From NCBI RefSeq assembly GCF_001194135.2, contig NC_068983.1, positions 114,871,438 to 114,935,437 of the forward strand: 64,000 bases of DNA. Reading direction: 5' to 3'. The notes under the pieces were generated by a model. It saw only the letters and a list, made by a program, of their open reading frames with translations. It searched no databases and had not been told where the DNA came from. This document shows positions 1 through 11,949 of the stretch, one piece after another. The DNA is from Octopus bimaculoides. Lineage: Eukaryota. The number at the start of each line of letters is the position of its first letter. The stretch's first letter is position 1. The position numbers were made by a program, and so were the translations under genes.

Positions 1-534
1 TTTAGTGACTGATGATTATGCTTCTTGAAGAATAAGAAAAACTTCATGCTGTTGCTACATTTTTTCATAACTTAGTAAATGTTATTATTAGCATGGTCAC
101 ACTGCCAAACATTAGGTATGAGCATTTGTTTGTGCCACATTCATGGAAACAGCATCAGTTAGTGTTTTATTCCTGGCCTTTCTTTAACTAAAGTTAGACC
201 ATGTAGAATAAAATGAGTGTTTTTCTCTTTCTTCTTCTGGCACATTAATTTCTCACATAGACACAATGCTACAGGCTTTCGGGGAGGAGGTATAGCATTT
301 TATCAAGCTCAGCAGGATGAATAACAAATTCAACCTTGATGGCATTTGAGTTTTGAACAGACAATAACACTGCAAGGTATTCAGTCTCCTGTTCTACCTA
401 TTTTGCCAATCTATCCTGTAATATTTAAAAACCATAAGGAGTGAGAGGTGCAAACTGTTCCAATTAGACAATACAGAGTGGCAGCACTTGCAGCAATAAA
501 TCAGAAAATATACATGTTGTACAGATAGAACATG

Positions 535-715
535 CAGGCATGGCTGTGTGGTTAAGAAGTTCATAACAGAACAAGTGGATAAGGGTTCAGTCCCAGTGTG
601 TGAATATTGTTGATCTATGTTCTACACTGTAGCTGCAGGTTGACCAACAACTTCTGAGCAGCAGATATTTGGTATACAGAAACTGAATAAACCAGTTGCA
701 CATATGTGAGTTAGT
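535..715 (+). mobile_element. SINE family A, degenerate 5' part
   Basis: ggcatggctgtgtggttaagaag...gggttcagtccc head similar to intact copies. Confidence 0.65.
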
Positions 716-1184
716 GCAAGTGAGTTTCTATTTTCTGCTTGTTCTAGTATATCTTTGCGGGCTGCAAGAAAAACAATGGCCTTATTATCAATTCAGGTGG
801 TGTCATATGTTTTCAGTCAAACACAAAAGCAGATTCAGGTTTCTGGACATGATGTGCAATATTTGTAAATGAAAAAGGCTTATAACTATGTTTGGGCTCT
901 TTCTTGTTCATTAGACTAGGAGATAATCACCTTACCTGGAAACAGGTGAGGTTTGGTGACAAGAAGAACATCTGACCTTAAAAAACTCTGCCTCAATGTA
1001 CTCTTGTCTGATCAGTGCAAGAATAGAAAAGCGTATATTAAAACTAAAATGATAAAACAAAGATATGATGTTGGTGTTGTTATTGTTGTTGTTAGTTCAA
1101 GTCACCTCTCATCAATGGTATTCCAGTTTTGGCCATTTCGTATTTTATTCAGGCATTTCAAATTACATTATTTAAGGATCCCCT

Positions 1185-1745
1185 TTTCTTTGTGAAGGAG
1201 AACCAATCAGATGAAGATGGCTATCTCTGTAAAAGAAGATAAGCAGAGGATGGAGGATTCCAAACCTTGGTTAGACAGTACAATACTGACAACAAATGGA
1301 TAGTTCCCTATTGCCTACTCCTAACCATGACATTTAATAATTTTGAGAATGTTAATCCACTAAAGTTCACCAAATATATCTGCAAATACGTCATCAAGAG
1401 AGCTTACACTGCAATGTTTACTCTGATGAAGCAAAACAGTTGTGATGGAGTAAGACAATTTCAACTGGATCAATGTATCAACAGCAATGAAGCTCTCTGA
1501 CGCTTTTTTGCCTTTCCCATTCATGAAGATACTTCAGCATTCAAGAACTTGCGGAAATGACCAGTGGGTTTACTTCATTCAAGCAATTGTTGCACAACAA
1601 GCACAAAGTTTAATACAACAGTTGCAGTCTTTGTCAACTTGTACCAGTATGATCTCTTTGCAAAAAAAATATTGGTGTACCACCAGGTTCCACCTTAGTT
1701 CATATGGAACCACAAACAATGGAGACAAAGAAAGTAAGCTATCCT
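1185..1745 (+). mobile_element. Helitron Rep/helicase pseudogene fragment
   Basis: Frameshifted translation DEDGY..RR, DNKWIVPYC, KYICKYV, QFQLDQCINSNEAL, FAFPIHE, QWVYF follows Helitron Rep motifs (DNRWIVPYN, KYICKYVNKG, GRYISSNEA, FPIHER, GQRVYF). Confidence 0.85.
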
Positions 1746-1927
1746 TATTGTAAGCCAACCTAACATAAATTTTGACAGTGCCTTTAGAGTAAAAAGTACA
1801 GTGTACATGCCAGTCAACATAAATGCTCCTTTCTTTAACGTCTCCATAAAGTGTGAGATTCAAGTTCATCTCAAGCTCTTTGGACAGTAAATGAAGTTAG
1901 CACCAATTCTATGTCAGTAGACATATA

Positions 1928-2712
1928 CGAGTGCATTGAAAATGTATCTGACTTTATTTTTCTCCACCAAAATTAATGCCACATGGGAAAAATCCTTTGG
2001 GTGAGAGGTGATGCCACCCTTCTTGTGCATGCATAAAAACTTTTGCACTAGTAGGTTGTGTCAGTTTCCCACTGTTAAACCTAGAGTACAGATATGTAGT
2101 GCATACTCATTGAATTTTCGTTTTCAAACTAGATGACCAAATGCATCAAGCAGAGACAATAAAATCACGTCTCATCACCAGTGATGATGGTCTTCTTGAA
2201 GCCTGGGTTGTTGTTTCACAGCCCAGCATGTCCTGAGTGGTTTCCATGCAGAGTTGCTTCTGTTGCTCCACCAGCCCCTTGGGGACAAATTTCACCAACA
2301 CTCTCTGTAAGCACAAATCCTTGGTTAAAATGGAATGCACTGATCCTGTGCTTATTCCCACTTTGTGAACAATTTCCTGGATTGTTACATGGTGTTCTTG
2401 CATGACTATTCATTGAACCTTCTCAATTGACTCCTCACTTCAGTTTGTGGACAACATGCTTGAGCCTCACCCATGGTACCATTGCCAAAGCCTGCTGAAT
2501 CTTTTGGATGGTTTGAGCTTGAGTATCACCAAGCTTTTAGCAAAACTTGATGCAAAATCCCTGCTCGATGTGTTCAGTGAAAACAAACATCTGATGAGCA
2601 TGCACTACACATCTGTACTCTAGATGTAACATCCAAGAACTGACATGGCCCACTGGTGTGATGCCAACCACAGAAAGGTTGGCATCACCTCCCACCCAAA
2701 GGATTTTGTCCA
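1928..2712 (-). mobile_element. Mariner deletion derivative with N-terminal transposase remnant and long inverted arms
   Basis: TA|cgag terminus at 1928; minus-strand IEQGFCIKFC and TIQEIVHKVGISTGSVHSILTKDLCLQRVLVKFVPK, then frameshifted TGDET; arms 1983-2154 and 2561-2712 are inverted copies. Confidence 0.88.
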
Positions 2713-2724
2713 TCTAGCTGAGCA

Positions 2725-2983
2725 AAATCGCAGTCATGGCAGACACCAGTGTCATACAAATTGACACCCATGCTGGTGGCACATAAACGCACCCCAGTGT
2801 CATGCAAATGGCACCCATGCCGGTGGCACATAAAACCACCCATTACACTCTCAGAGTGGTTGGCATTAGGAAGGACATGCAGCTGTAGAAAACCATGCCA
2901 AATCAGACTGTTGTCTGGTACGGCATGCCAGCCCAGTCAAACGGTCCAACCCATGCCATTATGGACAATGGCCATTAAATGAA

Positions 2984-3028
<45 letters not shown>
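2725..3028 (+). mobile_element. Retroposon family D (ggttggcattaggaagg core, (GAT)n tail)
   Basis: Same core and ccatgc...taaatgatgatgat end as more than 10 other copies in the window. Confidence 0.85.
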
Positions 3029-3837
3029 ATTTATATTGGCACAGGCATGTCTGTGTGATTAAAAAGCTTCCTTTGCACTGATGTGTGTATGTGTGTGTGC
3101 AAGCAAACACTCCTATTTCTGTTCTTCCATCAGTTCTGTGTCACTCTGTCACTCTGGACACCGATTTTCACCACCCAACTCAACTATCAAGATTCTGCTT
3201 TCCTCTCTAACCCTACCTCTTGATAAATATATTCTGAACAGCACTCCTATATGATTCTCTGTTTAACTCATCACTACCCCCACCCTTAACACACTTCCAT
3301 TTTATCACTATCTCTCAGGCCACTGACCTCCTATCTAAACACTAGAACAATAAATATCTCCCAGGGCACTTTAGATATATTTTTTTTTACTAAATATTTT
3401 ATCTTCCCTCTCTTTAAAGGGTAATCTCTCTCCCTTCCCCCATTATCCTCAGTACTACCTCAAGCTTACAGACACAGGCATAATTGTGTGCTGAAGAAGA
3501 TCATTTCTTTGCCTTGCAACTGCATGCTTTTAGGTTCTGGATTCCATCCAACTTCACAGCATCTTGGACAAATGTCTTCTCTCAAAAGCCACAGGTTGAC
3601 CAAAGCCATGTAAATGGAAATCAATAGAGAGAAACTATATGAAAACTTTTTAGATGAACCATTAGTATTGTTGGAGTGGTAGGCTCATTCCATTGCTCAG
3701 TTTGACATCAAAACTGTACCAGTGAGAGTCTTTCATGGAATTCACTCAGTTGCAAGCATTTGGATTACGTAAATTTCATGGTTTATATCACACATGTATA
3801 TGTATGTTGAGTTTTGGTTCATATTTTGTTATGTATA

Positions 3838-4175
3838 GAGCTAATGGCTCAGTGGTTAGAGCATTGGGCTCACAATCATGAGGTAGTGAGTTTGATTCTT
3901 GGACCAGGCCATATGTTGTGTTCTTGAGCAAGATACTTTATTCCACATTGCTCCAGTTCACTCAGCTGTAGAATTGAATTACAACGTCACTGTTGCCAAG
4001 CTGTATTGGCCTTTGCCTTTCCCTAGGATAACAACAGTGATGTGGAGAGGGGAGGCTGGTATGCATGGGCAACTGCTGGTTTTCCACAAACAACCTTGCC
4101 CAGACTTGTGCCTTAGAGGGGAACTGTCTAGGTGCAATCCCATGGTCATTCATGACTGAAGGGGGTCCTTACCCA
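3838..4175 (+). mobile_element. tRNA-derived SINE family C
   Basis: A box tggctcagtgg and B-box-like gtttgattc, followed by gtgttcttgagcaagatactttattccacattgctccag domain also seen in other SINE copies here. Confidence 0.75.
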
Positions 4176-4204
4176 TTATCCTTTTAGAGCTTACATGACC
4201 AATT

Positions 4205-4569
4205 TTCTTGTAGAGAACATTCTTCTGTATGAAACCAAAACTTGGTCTATGGAGAAGGAGCTTCAAGACTGCTTTGATAGTACATCAGGTTTCTCATGAG
4301 GGCTCAAATCATCTCTTGACATGAACACAAGACCTAAAAAGAGATTTATGGACACACACCACACATCTCTACTATTGTTGCTTAATGCGAGATAGGCTTT
4401 GATAGCTACTGAAATCATGCATAACCGTATGTAATATCAGATGTTATATTTTGGAGACTTTCACAACCTAACCAAGGACAAAGACCACTTTACAATACTG
4501 ATGTTGTTGACAGAGACACATAGCATGAAACTAAGGATCCACCAAAGTTAATGGTGGACAAAGAACCAT

Positions 4570-4572
<3 letters not shown>
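4205..4572 (+). mobile_element. RTE-clade LINE ORF2 3' remnant
   Basis: VENILLYETKTWSMEKELQDCFDST resembles the RTE C-terminus VESILLYGCETW...RLDG; ends in (TA)n. Confidence 0.7.
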
Positions 4573-4604
<32 letters not shown>

Positions 4605-5063
4605 GCAAAAGAAAAAAAATTTTCTTTGCCAATAAACTGAAATAGACGCTAAATCATCTAACCACATTGGATATTTTCACTATTATTATTATAATACACA
4701 TGTTGAAACAAGGAAGCAAGCCAACAGAAATGCATAAAGATTTAGTTATCCCTGTATCCACCCAATTTCTGGATTAATCCTGAAGGATTTTTCCTTTATC
4801 AGCGTGGAACACTGAAAATAAATGGAATACTTACATATACCCAGAGAAAAGTAGATGCAATGACATAGATATATATATAAATACCCCAAATATATCCAAA
4901 CAGAAATTCTGTAACAGGCCTTTGACATGTGTGCAACTGGTCAGGAATAGCACGTAAGTGGTTAACCCATCCCAAAGTGAATTGGAATTAACTTACTTCA
5001 AATATATAAGGATAAAATTTAGAAAAAAAACTTTCTCAGTGGCCAGTATATGAAAATACCTTT

Positions 5064-5145
<82 letters not shown>

Positions 5146-5561
5146 ACATGTGTGTGTAAAAAGAGTTTAAAAAATGTGCAAGTTTGGAAAATTAGATAAA
5201 GAAAACTGTAACTAGGTTATGGGAGATAAGTCAAATAAGAATGATAAGAAATGGGTGCATCAAAGTAGAGTTATGAAAATCGGTAAGTTCAGAGCAGCAA
5301 GGTTTGTTGTTGTTGTTGTTTAGTACCAGGTCAACCTTCATTGAGCAAACATGTGATCAAATGTATTCCATCCATGACCATTTGTCTAATTAGTGGTATC
5401 AATAAGTACATTATCCAATGTGCTTTGCTTATTTCAAACACAAGGCTTTGATTTCTAGCAAAGTAAGTGGCCATGGAGATGTTTCTTCAAGCTTAAGGAG
5501 TATTACAAGTAGCAATAGATGAAACAGTTACAGATATTTGAGAAATATCAACATCATACAC

Positions 5562-6006
5562 GCAGGAGTGGCTGTGTGGTAAGTAGCTTGCTTACCAGCC
5601 ACATGGTCTCCGGTTCAGTCCCACTGCATGGCACCTTGGGCAAGTGTCTTCTACNNNNNNNNNNGCATGGCACCTTGGGCAAGTGTCTTCTACTATAGCC
5701 TCGGGCCAACCAAAGCCTTGTGAGTGGATTTGGTAGACGGAAACTGAAGAAGCCCGTCATATATATGTATATATATGTATATATGTATGTGTGTGTCTGT
5801 GTTTGTCCCCCCAACATCGCTTGACAACCGATGGTGGTGTGTTTACGTCCCCATAACTTAGTGGTTCGGCAAAAGAGACCGATAGAATAAGTACTAGGCT
5901 TCCAAAGAATAAGTCCTGGGGTCAATTTGATTCGACTAAAGGTGGTGCTCCAGCATGGCCACAGTCAAATGACTGAAACAAGTAAAAGAGTAAAGAGTAA
6001 AGAGTA
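5562..6006 (+). mobile_element. SINE family A, near full length
   Basis: tRNA-like head, central (TA)n(TG)n, (AAAGAGT)n tail; small N gap. Confidence 0.9.
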
Positions 6007-6010
6007 TTAC

Positions 6011-6103
6011 CTGGTAAAAGAGGAACATTAGGAAAAGCTTTCTTTTGTAGTGCAGATGCCTTTTTTAGATATTCATCAACAGTCAAAGGAAGCTGGAGAT
6101 CAT
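6011..6103 (-). CDS. PUDP: Internal coding exon (93 nt, phase 1-1) of pseudouridine-5'-phosphatase / HAD-like hydrolase (HDHD1, GS1-like)
   Basis: Minus strand tcattttcttcag|ATGATC...TTACCAG|gtaata; peptide (D)DLQLPLTVDEYLKKASALQKKAFPNVPLLPG resembles human PUDP [32 protein letters not shown] (human sequence recalled, not aligned by tool); joins in frame with the 14593-14718 exon. Confidence 0.9.
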
Positions 6104-6599
6104 CTGAAGAAAATGACAGAAAATAAATGACAATCATATACAAAGGATTATATGTTTTTAGATACATCGGATGGAAATTTTTGGTATAAAAAAAAAAAAG
6201 CATAGGTTAAAAAATATACATTATTCAGTTTGGTACTTCATGCATCAATGTTTAAATTCTACTGGAATGGTCTTAAATTTTCATCAAAGTGAAATTTGAA
6301 AATAAATACAAAATATATATTGCATCAACTAAAATGATCAGGTTTTGAAAAGAGTTTTGTGCAAAAACAGAGGAAATCCTTCGATTCTTTAATAAATTGG
6401 CAAGCACCATAGAATAAGAATTAAAAGAAAAAACAAAAGGAAAAGAAATCAATACCGACTGGCAATACAGTTTTAAATCTCAGTTCAAGCTAATTTCATT
6501 AACTTTCCTCCAAAGAATTTCATTAACTTTTTCTCTAAATGTAATATTGACTACGTAAATGTAATTCATAGTGCTGATTGCACAAAAAAGCATCAAGAA

Positions 6600-6755
6600 C
6601 ATTCTGTAGAGTGGCTGGCATTAGAAAGGGCATCTAGCTGTAGAAGACATGCCAAAGCAGACATTGGAACTTGATACAACCTTGCAGCTTGCTGGATCTT
6701 GTCAAACCATCCAGCCCATGTCAGCATGGAAAACAGACAGTAAATGATGATGATG
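6600..6755 (+). mobile_element. Retroposon family D, 3' part
   Basis: Core plus (GAT)n tail. Confidence 0.75.
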
Positions 6756-8352
6756 ACAATCAAGATAATAGCTGCAAATTAACAGCATCATTACCATGTT
6801 CGATAAAATGCTTCATGGTATTTATACCAAATCCCTACTCTCTGAGTTCAATTTCCACTGAAGTCAGTTTTGTTTTTCATCTTCTTAGGTTTGATAACAA
6901 TAAGTATCGGTCCAGAGTGGAGTGGTGGGCTAGTACAACTGTCAGAGCATCAAATAACATAACTCACGGTACCTATTCGAGATCTGTGTGTACCAAGTTC
7001 AAATCTTCCCCTCATAAAATAAAAAGGTAACACTATAAATAGGAGTAGTAAATGAGAGAGACTATCAGCAAATTTCAGCAAACCAGAGAAAACACAGTTT
7101 CTAAGATTTGATTAGAAGAGTGATTGCCATTGCCACCACCACCACCACCTCTTTCTCAATAAAGCTACTGTTATTTTATTTATTTAATAATATAAAATAG
7201 AATAAAATAAAAAGAAAGCAATCTATAACAAAGACTGAACCATGTAACTTTGGGTTGGCAGACTGCATGTATCCAACGTAACATATTCTGAATACAAGCA
7301 AAGTTGAGTTTAAGCTCTATATGTATGGACCGATCCCTTTCGATAGATTTCCCTACATCATTAACCTTCTTTGGAAATAGGTCAATATTTAAAAATTACA
7401 AAACTAATTATACTTGAAGAAAGTAGATCATGACCAAATTATAACAGTGGTTCTCTTCGAATTGTAGGTCATGACCTACATTTCAATAACTAATTTGAAT
7501 ATGTCTCATAATCCCAGTTACAATCATGTCTTAATTAGAAAGATATCTAAGATTTAAGTTATACTTATATTAAACATCCTCAACATCATTGCTTTTATAT
7601 CCACATTTTTCTTGCTAACATGAACTGGATAAGACATTTTTTGAGGCAGTATTTTACAGCCAGAGACTCTTCTTATGATTTTTCACATTGAACTACCACT
7701 ACAGGACATATTGCTATTGCAGAATATAACCCAATGTATGAATACAGGAATTAAACATGATCTTCTTCAAGTTTCAGGCTCAGATAGTGTAGTAATCAGA
7801 TGGGCTTGCATAGCATTCAATGCACAATCCAGCAATCATTCAGGCTCAAAATAACACAGGGAGTGCGGAGGAAAAAAAAGGGTGAAAAAATGGTTCTAAA
7901 GGAAAGGAGGAAAATTCAGTTCAAGGAATCTTATCAACAAGCAAACAGTGGGTAGCGATTTTATTCACTACTTCAGGGAGTGATGACCCTGCCTGAGACA
8001 AGTTACGGGTTCAGCTGGCTCTGGCTGACAGTACCCGGTATGAGCTCCTATCCAGGGTTACGGAAAGGAGACAACCTTCAAAGAAATCCAGAGTGGAGCC
8101 CCGTAGGCAGTTTAGTGTTCAACTTGACACTCTTCCGGCAGCTGCTGCAACCAAGCTGGTGCCAAATGTAATGTTCTGCACTCCATTAGTCTATGTCAGC
8201 AAGGTCGAGAGAGGAATACTGATGATTGGGCTACCCAGGATTTTCTTACATCTAGCCTAGGCCTGCAGAAAACTGGAGAGGACATGAAATGTAAAAACCA
8301 GACTGGATTAGTTTATGCGCAACACCATTGTTTCCCGAGACAAAAGGATGCT

Positions 8353-8393
<41 letters not shown>

Positions 8394-8394
8394 T

Positions 8395-8798
8395 ACAGGT
8401 GTGGCGGTGTGGCAAGAAGCTTGCTTCCCAACCACATGGTTCCAGGTTCAGTCCCACTGTGTAACAACTTGGGCAAGTGTCTTCTACTATAACCTCGGGC
8501 TGACCAAAGCCTTGTGAGTGGATTTGATAGACAGAAACCGAAAGAAGCTCATTGTATAAATATGTGTGTGTGCATGTGTGTGTGTTTACATCTGTGTTTG
8601 TCTCCCCATCACTGGTCGACAACCAGTGTTGGTGTGCTTACATCCCTGTAACTTTGCAGTTTGGCAAAAAGACGCTGATAGAATAAGTACTAGGCTTAAA
8701 AAATAAGTCTTGAGGGTCGATTTTTGTGACTAAAATCCTTCAAGGCAGTGATCCTGCATGGCCGCAGTCAAATGACTGAAGTAAAAGAATAAAAGAAT
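8395..8798 (+). mobile_element. SINE family A
   Basis: Full head-microsatellite-tail structure. Confidence 0.85.
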
Positions 8799-8802
8799 AT
8801 AC

Positions 8803-8839
<37 letters not shown>

Positions 8840-8897
8840 TGTATACATACATACACATGTGTGTGTATATGTCCTTATATATGTGTGTGTGTGTGAG

Positions 8898-9055
8898 TGA
8901 CTTCCATAAGTTTCTGTTTACAAAATTTCTCTAACAAAGCACTGATCAATTTAAGGCTATGGTAGAAGACAATTACCCATAGTGGCATGCAGTGGGATCG
9001 AATCAAAAGCTGCATGGTTGTGAAATCAACAACATCCTAATGACAGAGCCATGCT
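8898..9055 (-). mobile_element. SINE family A, degenerate 5' half
   Basis: ggctatggtagaagacaattacccatagtggcatgcagtgggatcgaa is the reverse complement of the A head. Confidence 0.6.
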
Positions 9056-9199
9056 AATATATTAGGAAAACATAAATCATTATTAGAAAGGCAGAAACAG
9101 GAGGAGGCTAGACTACATGGTTATGTTCCTGTAGATACTGAGTTCAAATCCAAACAGAGTTGTCTTTACCTCTCATCTATAAAATCTGTTGAGTCAAGT

Positions 9200-9564
9200 G
9201 AAATTGCTGTCGTGGCCGATGCCAAAACTGCCTGACTGGCACCCATGCCAGTGGCATGTAAAAAGTACCATTCGAGCATAGTCAATGCCAGTGCTGCTGA
9301 ACTGGCTCCCATGCTGGTGGCACGTAAAATGCACCATTCGAGCATGGTTGATGCCAGTGCCACCTGACTGGCCCCTGTGCCGGTGGTACATAAAAAGCAC
9401 CCACTACACTCTCGGAGTGGTTGGCATTAGGAAGGGCATCAAGCTGTAGAAATCTTGCCAGATCAGTTTGGAGCCTGGTGGAGCCTCCTGGCTTGCCAGT
9501 TCTCAGTCAAACCATCCAACCCATGCCAGCATGGCAAGTGGACGGTAAACGATGATGATGATGA
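9200..9564 (+). mobile_element. Retroposon family D with 66-bp tandem units
   Basis: Units start at 9221, 9287 and 9353; then core and (GAT)n tail. Confidence 0.88.
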
Positions 9565-9974
9565 AGTACCATTAATGCTCTGTGGCTAATTCATTCGATT
9601 AAACCCTTCCTTATAAATTTGGGTCATTGTGCCAAAGTTTAATAGCAGTATAACAAGAAAACACCATGTTGATTTGAATATTAAAAAAGTGAAGCCAAAA
9701 ATAATATACAGACTTTAAGAGCCTTGGAGCTTTCACAGACTTCATGTATGAGATTTCTGTAAATTTGTTTTCCAATTACCATAAAATTGGGTTTCCTGTA
9801 AAGTTCCATACTCAATATAATTACACCAACCATATAATTGATATATGATTTTAAAGTTAATAGTAAATGAATTCAATATCCTTATATCATTTTCACTTCA
9901 TGATGATTTTTCAGGTGTTTTTTTTTTTTNNNNNNNNNNTTAATTTCTACCTTATATAAATAGGATAGTTCAGG

Positions 9975-10192
9975 AAATTCTTTTCTACTTTAGGAACAAG
10001 ACCTGAAATTTTGGGGGAACGGACCTGTCAATTAGATCAACCTCAGTATGCAACTGGTACTTAATTTATCAACCCAGGAAGGATGAATGGCAAATTTAAC
10101 TTCGGCAGAATTTGAACTCAGAATGTAAAGACAGACAAAATACTGATAAACATTCCACCCGCCGTGCTAATGTTTCTGCCATCTCACTGCCC
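9975..10192 (-). mobile_element. tRNA-derived SINE family E
   Basis: ggatgaatggcaaatttaacttcggcagaatttgaactcagaa matches other E copies. Confidence 0.8.
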
Positions 10193-10367
10193 TGATAGTT
10201 CAGAAAATTGATATAATGTTTGGAGTAAATCATGAGGACTTTCACTATAGTCACCAATAACTCTTCTGCACAAGAGTGGCACCTATTTCTGAGGCAACTG
10301 GTTCGAAATACAAAATGTCTTGAATTTATCACAAAAGCATTTAGAGAGAAAACTGCATATTCATTAA

Positions 10368-10423
<56 letters not shown>

Positions 10424-11261
10424 CATAACCAACGTACACACACATACATATATCTATATATAACTAGAAATGATTCTGACAAAAGTAGCATTAATTTTTA
10501 GGTCGTTCAATTTTTCTCAACTGAACACTGGGTCAATTGAGTAAACTTATCAATAACTAATCTATAATGACTACTGGAAACAGCTGCAAGTCAAATTTAC
10601 TACAATAAAGAAATTAATGTAATGACCATTATTTATATCCTGTCTTGTATAGCACCCTGTGTAAAAATCAGTATAATTGGAGCACAGCCACAGATTTACT
10701 ATATAGAATGGATTCTGCCCCAAGAATACATGGAGTTCTTTACTAATCTAAACAATATTGTTAACTTGGTGTACTGACAGAGAGCTTATAAAGAATTTTG
10801 CTCAGATTGGTAATCTCTCACTAATTTCTCTGTACTGAAAAGTTCCTGGCTTTAAGGGTATTGCGAAAGGCCTGGTTGGGGGCCCAACCATCCCAGTTCT
10901 TTTACAGGGCTTAGAAATAACTGAAGGACTGCTGCAATAAGTTGTGATTCTGAGAGGGGAATATGTTCAATAAATTAACTGATCCTCCAGTATTTTCTTT
11001 TCTCCAAAGCCAGGAACTTTTCAGCACCTCTCTCTCTCTCTCTCTCTCACACGCACACACACAAATATATATACACACACACATATACATATATAAAATA
11101 TACCAGGAGTTTTTGTCAGGGTGATTCACACTAGTAGACATGCACTCTGAGTGCTCAAACTAGTAAGCCACTAAAATTCCAGTTTAGACTGCAGTTGAAC
11201 GTGAGATTTTGTGACTGCCTTCCTAAAGCAGCTAGAAGTGGTTTCTCCTTGAGCCAGTAGG

Positions 11262-11358
11262 TATAGATTAAAGCAGAAATGAAAAGGCAAACTGTTTGGC
11301 AAAGATATTGTCAAATCTTGTCAAATTGCTTGCCTTTTCATTTCTGCTTTAATCTATA
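11262..11358. repeat. 97-nt hairpin with perfect 29-bp outer arms
   Basis: tatagattaaagcagaaatgaaaaggcaa (11262-11290) is the exact reverse complement of 11330-11358. Confidence 0.9.
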
Positions 11359-11413
11359 TATGTCAAGTATTATACTAAATCTCTGAGAGAGATATAAACA
11401 GTAGCAATATGGA

Positions 11414-11817
11414 ATCATAACATATAATTGCCAACTAAGTGTGGCGTCCTATATGGGGCAGTGCTACTGACGTTTATAGCTGCAGGAAGACATCTCTTCC
11501 AGCTGGCTTATGACACACATTCTGTATCTGATTAGTATTTGTGAGGGGAGGTCATCGCTCCTATCTCTAGCCTTACGTGATACACATGGACTTGAGTTTA
11601 TAACACGCACTGAGGACAGGTAATCACCCAGAAACTCGAGTCCATGTGTATCACGTAAGGCTAGAGATGGGAGTGATGACCTCACCTCGCAAATACTAAT
11701 CGGACACAGAATGTGTGTCGATAGCCATCTGGAAGAGATGTCTTCCTAGGGCTATAAACGTCAGTAGCACTGTCCTGTATAAGACACCACACTTGGTTGG
11801 CAATTATATGTTACGAT
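11414..11817. mobile_element. Foldback/MITE-like element with about 186-bp inverted arms
   Basis: 11414-11599 pairs with 11632-11817 with scattered mismatches; 32-nt spacer; no ORF. Confidence 0.85.
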
Positions 11818-11888
11818 CAATTATTATATCTATCTATCTATCTATCTATCTATCTCTATATCTATCTATTTATCTATGTATCTATGTA

Positions 11889-11949
<61 letters not shown>

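Noticed and set aside
915-945. Apparent plus-strand micro-exon (LGDNHLTWKQ) with good AG/GT sites
   Set aside because: The motif ttacct..ggaaacag.tgag..ttgg recurs in degenerate repeat sequence (e.g. 29965-30000), so it is repeat-derived
4746-4850. Minus-strand acceptor plus CSTLIKEKSFRINPEIGWIQG as a possible next PUDP exon
   Set aside because: No similarity to the expected motif II/III region (ATSS, GKPxPD); stop codon follows
5625-5694. Direct duplication of gcatggcaccttgggcaagtgtcttctac across an 11-N gap
   Set aside because: Typical unmerged contig overlap; assembly artefact
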